Assembly (NCBI GenBank): GCA_964035545.1
Contig: CAXIUT010000257.1
Coordinates: forward strand, 1-60,193
Source of the DNA: Bugula neritina
Lineage: Eukaryota; Animalia; Bryozoa
Reading direction: 5' to 3'
Length of the DNA stretch: 60,193 nucleotides
In this document: in pieces, positions 28,301 to 36,530 of the stretch
Layout: each line of letters begins with the position of its first letter
How positions within the stretch are numbered: position 1 is the stretch's first letter
Made by a program: the position numbers and the translations under genes
The notes under the pieces: model-generated
Databases searched by the model: none
Told to the model about the DNA's origin: nothing
Seen by the model: the letters and a program-made list of their open reading frames with translations, nothing else

Positions 28301-31272
28301 ATGCTATCTTCAGAGTAGCTTGCTTGCAGCTGGCTCTTAGCTTGGTTGAGCGCTTTGCAGGCCGTGGTGAAACGGTCCAGTTCGACATTCAGTTCGCTCT
28401 TTGACAGCTGAGGTACCAACTTCAAATTTTTCGCGTCATCGTTGGCGCGTTGTGCCAAAGCAGTTAGATTTTGCAGACGCTCGGGTGATGTTGCATTTTC
28501 AGGTCTAAGGCCAAGTTTATTGCCAAGATCGGCGGCTGATCTGCTCGCCCTCTCGATTGCGACACGCAAGCTTTTTGCGTGATCGATGATCTGTTCTTCC
28601 CATGCAAAGGACCATTCAGCTTGACCAACTAGAAGCAAGGTGGGTCCGTCGCCAACGGCTTTATAGGTCTGCCCTAATTCTTCGGCCATATTGAGAATGG
28701 CCTCAAAACTTAGCTGATCGTGTGCGTCCTTGTCTTCGAATTGAAGTAGTAGTCCTTTTGGTTTTGCAGCAGTCCATGAAACAGCGTCATAAACAGAAAA
28801 TCCCTGCGTCCCCTTAGTATGCACGGCTTCAACATAGGTATTTAGCTGATCGCGCTTGATGCGAAGCTTATCCGTTATGGCAATCCACTCGCTTTCGCTT
28901 GCAGCTGATGCTCTGTCCCAGCCCCGACCAAGTTGGGTCAAAACGCGTTTGCGGTCAGTCTTGTTTGAATGAAGTTCCAATACTGCGTCACCCAAGCCAT
29001 GCGACACTAGACGACGTTGAACAACATCTAGTGCAGCTGCCTTTTCGGCTACGAAGAGAACTGTCTTGCCATGAGCAATGCACTGGCAAATGATATTCGC
29101 AATCGTTTGACTTTTGCCAGTGCCTGGCGGGCCGATCAGAACGAAGTCTTGTCCTTCCGCCGCAGCAACGACGGCTGCCAATTGTGAACTATCGGCAGGT
29201 AGTGGCGTTACCAAGTCTTTTGGTGCAACGCGCCGATCAATTTCATAGGGCGCTATCGGCGACCCTGTACCAGCTTCAAATGTCTTTTCAGGGTTGTCGA
29301 CTAAATGTGCGACAAGGCGGTTGTTACGCAACTGATCAGTCCGGTCGACCAGGTCTTTCCACATTAGGAACTTAGAGAAAGAAAATGTCGAAAGCGATAT
29401 TTCCTCCACAACCTCAAAACCAGGAATGTCGCGAACACGCGACCTCATCCACTCGAATACCTGTGGCACATCGATCCCGCTTTCGTCTCGCGGAAGCTCA
29501 CCCTCTAATTCGGGGAGAATTAAATCGAAGTCGCGTTTTAAAAACTCCAAAAGAGTAGAGTTAAAGCGGACTTCATCCTCGTGATGGGTGATTTTGAACT
29601 CGGACCTCGCAGATTTGCGTTCAAGTTTAATCGGGACCAGCAACAAAGGAGCTCGGTAACTTTTCTTGTCGCCGTCTCTTTGCCAGCGCAGAAACCCTGC
29701 CGCGAGAAAGAGCGTGTTAGTCCCACCTTCTTGAACGTCACTTTTTGCTTTGCGGTACAAGGACAGCAGCCGGTTTTCAGTGTCCTTCTTGACCAGAGGA
29801 ACAGTTATTTGCCCACGTCTAAATGCATCATCGACCGCGCTTTGAATAATCGCATCTTTGTCGGCCTGTGCTAGCTGGCGCTCTCCAATAGGGTCGTCTT
29901 CCATCAAGGGATAAGCTTTGAAAGGCTTCTCTGCGGCAAGTGCGTCCTCAAGGTCAGCAAGATTAGGCACCATGCATGGCACCGTCTGCTTAGTTTGCTT
30001 GAAATTCAAAAGACGATTGCGCAGCGATAGATCAAGTAATTTAGCTTGCCAACGGTCGATCCGTCCTTTCGGTGTATCTGGCACAACATCAACAAGTTCC
30101 GTTGGAAGAAGACCAAATTCGATTGGTGATGGCAGCTTGGCTGGGGCGGCTTCAATATGCTCAGCTTCGCCAGTGTCGTTACTTGCATGGCTTGCCAAAG
30201 GTCGGATACGTGCTGAGCGTGCGCGTGTTATGTCAATCGCCATACGGAATTCGTGCTCACGCTCTTCAGCAAGACGACTATGTCCAGCTTCAACAGCCTG
30301 TTCGAATCCGACAGTCGGACGTTGTGTCAACAAAGTCGTCTCAACCGGGATGAATTCTTTCGCTTGGGATGCTTTGCGGACCGTAACAACATCCGGTTCC
30401 GTCACTTGACCAAAATCACGCTTCGTAATCCAAACACCGGCCCACGCATGCCCTTCACTAAATAGAATTACGGGGTTCAGCCCAGCCTGTTCCCACGCAG
30501 CGGCCAGCAACAATGAACTATCCAGGCAAGTGGCTAGACCTTCGCTGCGTATCCGTGCAGGAGACCGAACTTTCTGCCCATCGATTTCAAAGGACGCGGG
30601 AGGATTGGCATATGTCAAACCCATGCCAGTCATTGCTGACCAAATCGCTCCAGCGATCATCCATGCGCGCTGCGGGTTATTTGACTGGTAACCTTCCAAG
30701 GAGCCGTCATGACCGCTTTGCTCAAGAAGCAGCGAAGCTTCCTTAAGAATTGATGCGACAACTGAGTCGTTGGGCGAGACAAACGCGGCAAGCAAACGAT
30801 CCATGTCGCCAAGTCCACCCCACTGGTCTCGGGCAAGGAGCTCTAGCGTTCGAACTTCAACTAAAAGAGCACCATGTGCATGCGTAACCGAAACCGAAAG
30901 AGACCCAAACTCTGTTTCGTTGAGGCCGGACAAGTGCTGGATGTCGAGCGGTGTTGATAGGTCGTTGAGGCTTAAGCTCTGATCGGCTTCTAACCGATCA
31001 ATCTTCCAAGTTTTTGTTCTGAACACTGCGGGGTTAGCAGATAGTGTAACATCTATTTCTGTGAGTGCGTGTTCTCCGGTGTTGGTCAATGAGAGGGATC
31101 TGACAACGGGCACGTCATTTTGAGCTGATGCAAAGTTCACTCTGCTCGAAGTATTAAGTTCTATTACAATGTCATATTCGGCTTTTGCTTCCTGAATCCC
31201 TTCAGACACAACACCTTCCAAGTCACCAATTGCGTTACCTGCAGTGTGCTGACCGTCAGAAGTCTCATCCAT
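25396..31272 (-). CDS. DUF4011/DUF3320-type SF1 helicase with Vsr-like nuclease; Hhe-type anti-phage candidate (likely start 31272)
   Basis: LLDLSLRNRLLNF; GPPGTGKS; FDEASQ; GDPKQLPP; WHYRS; NIQGDERD; RLNVAITRAR; RIDLG...IECDGATYHS...GWNILRIWSTDW. Confidence 0.88.
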   Translation of the reverse strand: MDETSDGQHTAGNAIGDLEGVVSEGIQEAKAEYDIVIELNTSSRVNFASAQNDVPVVRSLSLTNTGEHALTEIDVTLSANPAVFRTKTWKIDRLEADQSLSLNDLSTPLDIQHLSGLNETEFGSLSVSVTHAHGALLVEVRTLELLARDQWGGLGDMDRLLAAFVSPNDSVVASILKEASLLLEQSGHDGSLEGYQSNNPQRAWMIAGAIWSAMTGMGLTYANPPASFEIDGQKVRSPARIRSEGLATCLDSSLLLAAAWEQAGLNPVILFSEGHAWAGVWITKRDFGQVTEPDVVTVRKASQAKEFIPVETTLLTQRPTVGFEQAVEAGHSRLAEEREHEFRMAIDITRARSARIRPLASHASNDTGEAEHIEAAPAKLPSPIEFGLLPTELVDVVPDTPKGRIDRWQAKLLDLSLRNRLLNFKQTKQTVPCMVPNLADLEDALAAEKPFKAYPLMEDDPIGERQLAQADKDAIIQSAVDDAFRRGQITVPLVKKDTENRLLSLYRKAKSDVQEGGTNTLFLAAGFLRWQRDGDKKSYRAPLLLVPIKLERKSARSEFKITHHEDEVRFNSTLLEFLKRDFDLILPELEGELPRDESGIDVPQVFEWMRSRVRDIPGFEVVEEISLSTFSFSKFLMWKDLVDRTDQLRNNRLVAHLVDNPEKTFEAGTGSPIAPYEIDRRVAPKDLVTPLPADSSQLAAVVAAAEGQDFVLIGPPGTGKSQTIANIICQCIAHGKTVLFVAEKAAALDVVQRRLVSHGLGDAVLELHSNKTDRKRVLTQLGRGWDRASAASESEWIAITDKLRIKRDQLNTYVEAVHTKGTQGFSVYDAVSWTAAKPKGLLLQFEDKDAHDQLSFEAILNMAEELGQTYKAVGDGPTLLLVGQAEWSFAWEEQIIDHAKSLRVAIERASRSAADLGNKLGLRPENATSPERLQNLTALAQRANDDAKNLKLVPQLSKSELNVELDRFTTACKALNQAKSQLQASYSEDSIIGLPFGQLDADWRAAKVSTWPFSSVKKGKVRKLLQTYASSGQANPEIELRAIEAARKQIDLLSQIPVTQLAGEDRSIDQLETVISQATSFRQAATEIKLDVSDTVTFGAALAALVEGPDRELQRALEDWRTSNAELQTAITDFEKCGGQIPLEMPLRNLQESVDQTLSERARLADWTRWKDVKARADIAGLSALSEAMEAGELKEDTIRECRSAYARWWLPLAMDASEPLRRFAHWEHEDVITAFQDLDDEVARLAPIEVMRRIHHRLPARDGVPRNSQLGVLRHQLGLQRPSMAIRNLLENLGDTLPKLAPCVLMSPLSIAQYLPAGQATFDVVIFDEASQITTWDAVGAIARGKQSIIVGDPKQLPPTNFFGRSDDGEGDDDATGILGDMPSILDEVATAGIPTRRLDWHYRSRDEALIAFSNHFYYDGGLVTFPAPTTDSEAVQFHKIDGTYARGTGRTNVDEAKAIVALIRKRLTAWIKLPEEDRLTIGVITFNAQQQGLILDLLDQVRRQNTELEWFFADEREEPVIVKNLENIQGDERDVMLFSITFAPDMAGKLTMNFGALNSDGGEKRLNVAITRARSELHVFASLTHDQIDLSRTRATGVRDLKTFLHYAESGPVALPARDEGSLGPAENPFEEAIATAFRAKGWEVRTQIGVSGFRIDLGIVNPDRAGAYLAGIECDGATYHSSATARDRDKVRQAVLENLGWNILRIWSTDWFRNPPAVVERLNEALEALLEQNRAEKAAKEAETVEEPLDIPSEPRALPPPTVEKVEQTVLQLEHDPVENDEQTSLFVDGAHSSKPTANVAPATTPDPDRFYDLSYIGELRQLVQEIIQEEAPIPLRNLGREVANRHGWQRTGRRIMERVERAMDDAELHEEFGVPFVWAAGTIQTRSPFRGLAERSIQDVSRTEIAFVLDQIGNDLSTSDDQIGDLARHLGVSRVSNSAREYLKKIAYWYEAEK

Positions 31273-31444
31273 CTTTAATCTCCACAGCGGGAAATGAGCT
31301 TCCCAAAACGCTAATTTTTCAACGATTTCATGATGTCCGCCGGAAGCGGTGAAAGGCAAGACGCAATATGTCCTGCCAAGTAGATTTACCTATGATGGCG
31401 AGCAAAGTAGCTAATCCTAAATCCATTTTAGCCGTTAATACGTC

Positions 31445-31560
31445 AGGTGCATTCGCGATCGAATGAATCTATCGACGGCAATAGGTGATCTTGAGGCACG
31501 TGATCTTCAATTTAAAACTCGTAAAACAGTGCGCCCTGCGTTTCTTATTTAGGTCCAATC
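31445..31560 (-). pseudogene. IS1182-like transposase N-terminal remnant
   Basis: Minus strand reads IGPK*ETQGALFYEF*IEDHVPQDHLLPSID (two stops). Confidence 0.55.
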
Positions 31561-32496
31561 TCACCGAAACATCCCCACGGGCGATCCGTCTGCATAGCGC
31601 CATGCCGTTGCAAAATCTTTCTTTAGCTCGTCGAGATGCGCAAAAAACAATCCGGGCAGCACCTCTTCAAACACAGGGCTTTGGCGAACCTGTTTTTGCA
31701 CGGATCTCATGATGGCGGGATCGGTATAAACCGAGAGGACAAACGGCGCGCTCTTGGTAGGGTAGTTTGGGAATTTTTCCTTAATCGCGGTTGAAGCAGC
31801 AAAGTTCCGATAAAGCTGATCGATAACAAGTTCGGTGACGCTCTCGTTATGCAGCTCAACCACAAAAAGCCTGGGCGTGTCTTTGATGGTCAGCCCCAAG
31901 AAGCCATCGGGCTTGGCTTGGAGCTGGCCGCGCTCATTCCAAGTCACCATATTGATCGATACAGGACGACCACGTTTTTCGGGGCGGTTCGGATCGCCTT
32001 GGTAGTCGTGGGTAAACAAATCTATGGCTGCACCGGAATGCTGGACCCATTGGCGCAATGAGATGTGGAAATCCACATAAGCGCGGCGATGAAAGTACTC
32101 GTTGGTGAGCGTGGTTTTTTCTTTCGGGATCCAGATTTTATCGAACTGTAGTTCGCCGACGTTGCTTATAAATTCATCTTCAAACGCATGATACAATCGA
32201 TCGAGGCCCGTCTGCGTCAGATAATACATGTAGTGATGTTTGCTGGGGCGTTCGCCTGGGGCAAACTTGCCATTGCGCAGGCTGAGGCAGAAATATGCGT
32301 TCTTGCGCTTTCCGGGCGCGATTTTTTCTTCACCGGTTTTGGCATCCACAGTGGGCGCTAAGTAGGGCAGAGCGTGGTTTTCCAGACTTGCAACGGACTT
32401 TGCCAGGCCTAGGCCCACCATCTGCGGTTTGGTCAGGTAGTGGTAATGACACAGAGCCCTCATGATGCTTAAGGCGGCTGGGGGGAGATGGATCAT
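31561..32496 (-). CDS. Replication-relaxation (Replic_Relax / MOB_C-like) protein
   Basis: wHTH-like N-terminus (YHYLTKPQM, YYLTQTG); HRRAYVDF; KPDG...FVVELH restriction-like core. Confidence 0.7.
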   Translation of the reverse strand: MIHLPPAALSIMRALCHYHYLTKPQMVGLGLAKSVASLENHALPYLAPTVDAKTGEEKIAPGKRKNAYFCLSLRNGKFAPGERPSKHHYMYYLTQTGLDRLYHAFEDEFISNVGELQFDKIWIPKEKTTLTNEYFHRRAYVDFHISLRQWVQHSGAAIDLFTHDYQGDPNRPEKRGRPVSINMVTWNERGQLQAKPDGFLGLTIKDTPRLFVVELHNESVTELVIDQLYRNFAASTAIKEKFPNYPTKSAPFVLSVYTDPAIMRSVQKQVRQSPVFEEVLPGLFFAHLDELKKDFATAWRYADGSPVGMFR

Positions 32497-32497
32497 T

Positions 32498-34462
32498 TCA
32501 CTCGTACCCTGCGCCTGGATCTAATGCGGTCTTGTTCTGAATCGCAGCTTGGATGCTAGATTTGCTGGTTGGATGCTCTGCTTTACCCACTGTTTGGCGC
32601 GCGGCGGTGTCAGAGTGGCGCTGCCCCAGATCTGATGTTGGGCAGTAGTAACTCTCCAACTGCTGCTGCTTGGTGATCTCCCATTCAGCGTCCGTCATAT
32701 ACCGAGCGGCGTTCTGCTCGCGCCACTTAGCGCCCTTGAACAACAAATCGGTCCCCACTTGAAACTGGCGCGGCAAGATTGGCGGCGCATCTTCAGCGCC
32801 GCGTGAGCGCAGATAGAAATTACCAACGGTTTGGTTTTGCAAAATCGTAGTTTCATCCAAGTCTTTTGACTTACCGGTAAGATCGAATGCCGCGTTCATG
32901 GCCTCCAGATTTTTGCCAGCGCAAAAGCCCGCGATCTGCACGCCCAAGCCTTTGACAGCCTCTAAGGTCTTGCTCGGGAATTGTTCGGTGTACTGCGTGG
33001 CGAGTGTCAGGTTGAAGCCGAACTTGCGCAGCTCATTGATCTGCTTGGCGGTCTCTAAAGTCACGAGATGCTGAGCTTCATCGATGAACACATGCACCGG
33101 GTGCTGGCCGGAGGATTGACCAAACTTACGTTTCAGGATGGCCATGGTGATCTGGGCCATGAGCAGTTGGCCGATCATGCGGGTGACTGGTTCGGTGAGA
33201 TCTTTGAACGGCAGGTTGATGATTATCACCTTACGCTGTTCCAGCAATTTGCCGACGTTAAAGGTGGGTGGGTTGAGCAACATGCGCTGCAGCACTGGCG
33301 ATGTGATGATGCGCTCTAAGCGCCCAAACAGCGCGTTCTTGGCCATGCCGTAATTGCCATGCATGAAGATGTTTTGAAAATGCTCGCGGATGATTGGGTT
33401 GGGAGAATTGTGGCAGGCATCCTCATATATCTGTGGATAGGGCTTGGCTGGTTTGTCGCGTTTGGGAGGTTCGACGCTGAGCAAATCCATAAGATCTTTG
33501 AGATTATAGTTGTCGTTTTCTAAGATCACATGCGCGCAGTTCTGGCAGATGGTTTCCATGTTGCCGGTGCCGGTGGGATCTGCCGTGCCTGAGATGGCGC
33601 GCAGGGCCTCACCGTATAGCGTCGCTTCCACAAACAGGTTGTCGCTGGATTTGTCATCGGTATTCAAAAGATTGGGGCAGGGGGTAAATGCGGGATCAAG
33701 CGTGGGGTCGATATAGACCAAGCGATCGGTGCCATAGAGCGGCTTCATCCGAGCGATCTCAGGGGCCATTTCGCCGTGAGGGTCAATCACAATGATCGTT
33801 TCGCGCAGGTCGGGTTTATTGAGATAGTGCCACACGCGCTGCTTGATAACTTCTGATTTTCCAGAGCCGTGATTGCCAACAATGAACGTGCCAAACTCTG
33901 CCGCAGCTTCAGGGATCGGCAGGCTGCGGTTTTTACTGAGAAAGGCTGTCAGAGGTGAAACAGGCGAGGGGGGTGCTTGGACCTCGTCTTGGCCTTCAGG
34001 GGTTTGCACCAGCTGGGAGATTTCAGCGTCGGCGTAACTGAGATAGTTTCCTAACCCATAGCCGAAGTATCGCCGGATATGATCGATCTTTGCGGCTTCG
34101 CCTTGATGAGCCAGCAGCGCGGTCTCATAAATTCTTAAGGCTTGGTGGTAGCGATAGGATTTGGCGATCTCGCGCTCTTCTGGTGCGTCGTAGATAATGT
34201 GTGCTGGATCAAAGACGGGATCATCAATGTGAGGCGCGATGAGTTTGATGTCCTTGGCATTCAGGCGCTTTTGCAGCTGATCAAATGACATGAACGCGCC
34301 GGTGTAACTTGCGGCGTCACTGACGACATCGACTGCTAGCTTGAGAGCGTTTTGCAACGTCCATGTACCAACCACACCGTCATTGGCGTTGAGGGGCGCG
34401 CCGTCCGAGGTGATGGGTAGGCCATCAACCTTGTGCAGGGCTTTCTCTAGAATGGGCTGCAT
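32498..34462 (-). CDS. Second coupling-protein-like ATPase (TraD/TrwB/HerA-like), no obvious TM anchor
   Basis: GNHGSGKS, VIDPHGE, VFIDEAQH, ELRKFGFNLTLATQY. Confidence 0.85.
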   Translation of the reverse strand: MQPILEKALHKVDGLPITSDGAPLNANDGVVGTWTLQNALKLAVDVVSDAASYTGAFMSFDQLQKRLNAKDIKLIAPHIDDPVFDPAHIIYDAPEEREIAKSYRYHQALRIYETALLAHQGEAAKIDHIRRYFGYGLGNYLSYADAEISQLVQTPEGQDEVQAPPSPVSPLTAFLSKNRSLPIPEAAAEFGTFIVGNHGSGKSEVIKQRVWHYLNKPDLRETIIVIDPHGEMAPEIARMKPLYGTDRLVYIDPTLDPAFTPCPNLLNTDDKSSDNLFVEATLYGEALRAISGTADPTGTGNMETICQNCAHVILENDNYNLKDLMDLLSVEPPKRDKPAKPYPQIYEDACHNSPNPIIREHFQNIFMHGNYGMAKNALFGRLERIITSPVLQRMLLNPPTFNVGKLLEQRKVIIINLPFKDLTEPVTRMIGQLLMAQITMAILKRKFGQSSGQHPVHVFIDEAQHLVTLETAKQINELRKFGFNLTLATQYTEQFPSKTLEAVKGLGVQIAGFCAGKNLEAMNAAFDLTGKSKDLDETTILQNQTVGNFYLRSRGAEDAPPILPRQFQVGTDLLFKGAKWREQNAARYMTDAEWEITKQQQLESYYCPTSDLGQRHSDTAARQTVGKAEHPTSKSSIQAAIQNKTALDPGAGYE

Positions 34463-34879
34463 ATTTGATCCCTTGGAATGCTATCGGTAACCCACTGATT
34501 AAGCTGAAACAGTGCCTTGGGTTTTTCCTTAGTTTAGGGCTTGGTTTCGACATTCGGCAAGCAGGGATTTTGGCCTGCAAGAACAACGACATAGGTAGAT
34601 TCCATAACTTAACTTCCAACCTCACTTGGTCTCTTTCTCTCTTTCGTCATCCTGAGCGTCTTCCTCTCTCGCTCGCTCACCCTTCATATAATCCGGTTGT
34701 GACCGCCCGCGCTCCGATGGATTGTTTTTCTATCAAAGCGTTCCCCCCTTCCAGCCATGCAATCAAGCCGATCACTCCAGTTTCCAATTCAATGAACTGG
34801 CCGGACAAAATTCAGCTGAATAAAATGAACAAAAATTCAAACGAAAAACTGGGCAAAGAAGAACTGTTCGGTAGAAACG

Positions 34880-36112
34880 CTAGAGCGGGAAATGTTTGCG
34901 CAGCAAATTGATCCGCATATCCAGCTGATCAACAGCGCGCAGCTTTTCTTCCGCTGCCATCATCTCTCGGATCAGCTTTCGGCGCTTGCCAGACAGCTGC
35001 GCACTAAGGCGATCAAGCAGGCCCATCCGATCGAATGTGGTGCGGTGTTTGGTGATAGTGGATTTGAGTTTGCGCCGGGCTTTCTTGTTGTTTTGCACGA
35101 CCCCGTCCCAGCCGGATTTGTGGGCTGTGGAGAGAAGGTGAGCGGCTTCTGCGCGCCAATCTTTCAGCGTGGTAAAACTTGCCTGGCCGAACTCTTCTGC
35201 CTGAAGGGTCTTGGTTAGCTTTTGCGGCACGCTTGACCAGAAGTAGAGCTGTAGTGATAAAGCCAATCTTTCGGTTGGCGTCGCGGCGCGTGCAAGTGCG
35301 TTGACCAACAGGCGTTTGGTGGATTGATGGCTGGCATCCAATTGCGATTGAAGTTGATGATGCAGCTCGGGGCGCTCGTCGGCCAAAGCGTCCAGATAGG
35401 CTAGGCTCATGGCTTGGCGTGTGTGTTCCCATAACTTGGTCTTGTTGATCTGGTGGCGCTTGTTCTGGCTCTTGCGCGAGGCGGTGACGGTATAGGAGCC
35501 ATCACGATTGCGGCGCATCCCATCTGGGTGACCATACTTAATTTCGACATCTGGCATGGCAGCTGGATTGATCTGCATGGCTTTCAGGCGCTCGCCAAAC
35601 CGGGCGTGTGTTTTTTGGAGGGATGTTTCGCTGACGCTGTGATCTTTGAGCGTGCTTGGAAATTTTAGAGCTTTTGCAAACGGGCGCAAAGTGGGCGTCA
35701 GTGTACCTGTAGTGATAAAATTACTTTTGCTTGGCGCGCTTTGCTTACTGGATTTAATGTCCATTGGCTCTGGCCTGTTAGTCGCATCAACAGATTTGGG
35801 GCGCGGCTCTTGTTCAAGCGGTTTAGCCTCGAGTGGGGCAGAGGCTTCTGTTTGGATCTGCGGTGTACTGGTGGCGGTGCCGATGATGTTCGTGCTTGCG
35901 GCGCGCACTGATGTGACGAGCGCGGCCATGTCGGCTTGTCCAAGTTGTTCGCGGGTGGCCCTGACTTGCTGCGCCACGGCAGGTTCCACAGCGCCTAGGT
36001 ACTCAATCGTTCGCGTGCGAACGCGGCCACCCTCGCGATAGCTTTCCTGCATATAGCCGTAGTATCGACCATGTACCTTTTTGATCGCTAAGTAGGGTAC
36101 CTGAGACCTCAC
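34880..36112 (-). CDS. Basic hypothetical protein with an N-terminal beta-sheet DNA-binding-like domain
   Basis: KKVHGRYYGYMQESYREGGRVRTRTIEYLG; 410 aa; GTG start. Confidence 0.75.
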   Translation of the reverse strand: MRSQVPYLAIKKVHGRYYGYMQESYREGGRVRTRTIEYLGAVEPAVAQQVRATREQLGQADMAALVTSVRAASTNIIGTATSTPQIQTEASAPLEAKPLEQEPRPKSVDATNRPEPMDIKSSKQSAPSKSNFITTGTLTPTLRPFAKALKFPSTLKDHSVSETSLQKTHARFGERLKAMQINPAAMPDVEIKYGHPDGMRRNRDGSYTVTASRKSQNKRHQINKTKLWEHTRQAMSLAYLDALADERPELHHQLQSQLDASHQSTKRLLVNALARAATPTERLALSLQLYFWSSVPQKLTKTLQAEEFGQASFTTLKDWRAEAAHLLSTAHKSGWDGVVQNNKKARRKLKSTITKHRTTFDRMGLLDRLSAQLSGKRRKLIREMMAAEEKLRAVDQLDMRINLLRKHFPL

Positions 36113-36173
36113 AGTTTTTTATGCTTACCTGTAGTGATAAAATCAATTTGACGATGCGTCTAGGGTTCCTACG

Positions 36174-36530
36174 ATGAGGAAGATGATATCCACGTTTCAG
36201 CGAATTGACCGCACTGAGCGTTCGATAGGGGAGCGGGCGAAGCGGTGTTTCCAGGAGGGAGAGTTCGTGGACAGAGTTGCGCGCAAAATCTGGTTGGATG
36301 ACGTGCATGAATTCTTGCGCTGGCTGGCTATGCAGACAAACTCGCTTGATGAGGGCGCGTGGACGGTTGATCGATCCCGGCAATATGTATTGCACCTACA
36401 ACGCTACCAGCCGCGCCAACGGGCAGCTCGCAAGTGGCAAGCCGTGGTGCACCTGGCCGATTGGAGCCACGAAGCTATACCGTTTAGAACGGAAACCCCC
36501 ACTGAAGGCGTAGTGATAACTCGCATCTAA
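36174..36530 (+). CDS. Stand-alone integrase core-binding (SAM-like) domain protein
   Basis: DDVHEFLRWL...RQYVLHLQ...AARKWQAV pattern; no catalytic domain. Confidence 0.45.
   Translation: MRKMISTFQRIDRTERSIGERAKRCFQEGEFVDRVARKIWLDDVHEFLRWLAMQTNSLDEGAWTVDRSRQYVLHLQRYQPRQRAARKWQAVVHLADWSHEAIPFRTETPTEGVVITRI

Noticed and set aside
34465-34911. 148-aa plus-strand ORF
   Set aside because: TTG start, low-complexity sequence, antisense to the flanking genes; more likely a regulatory or oriT region
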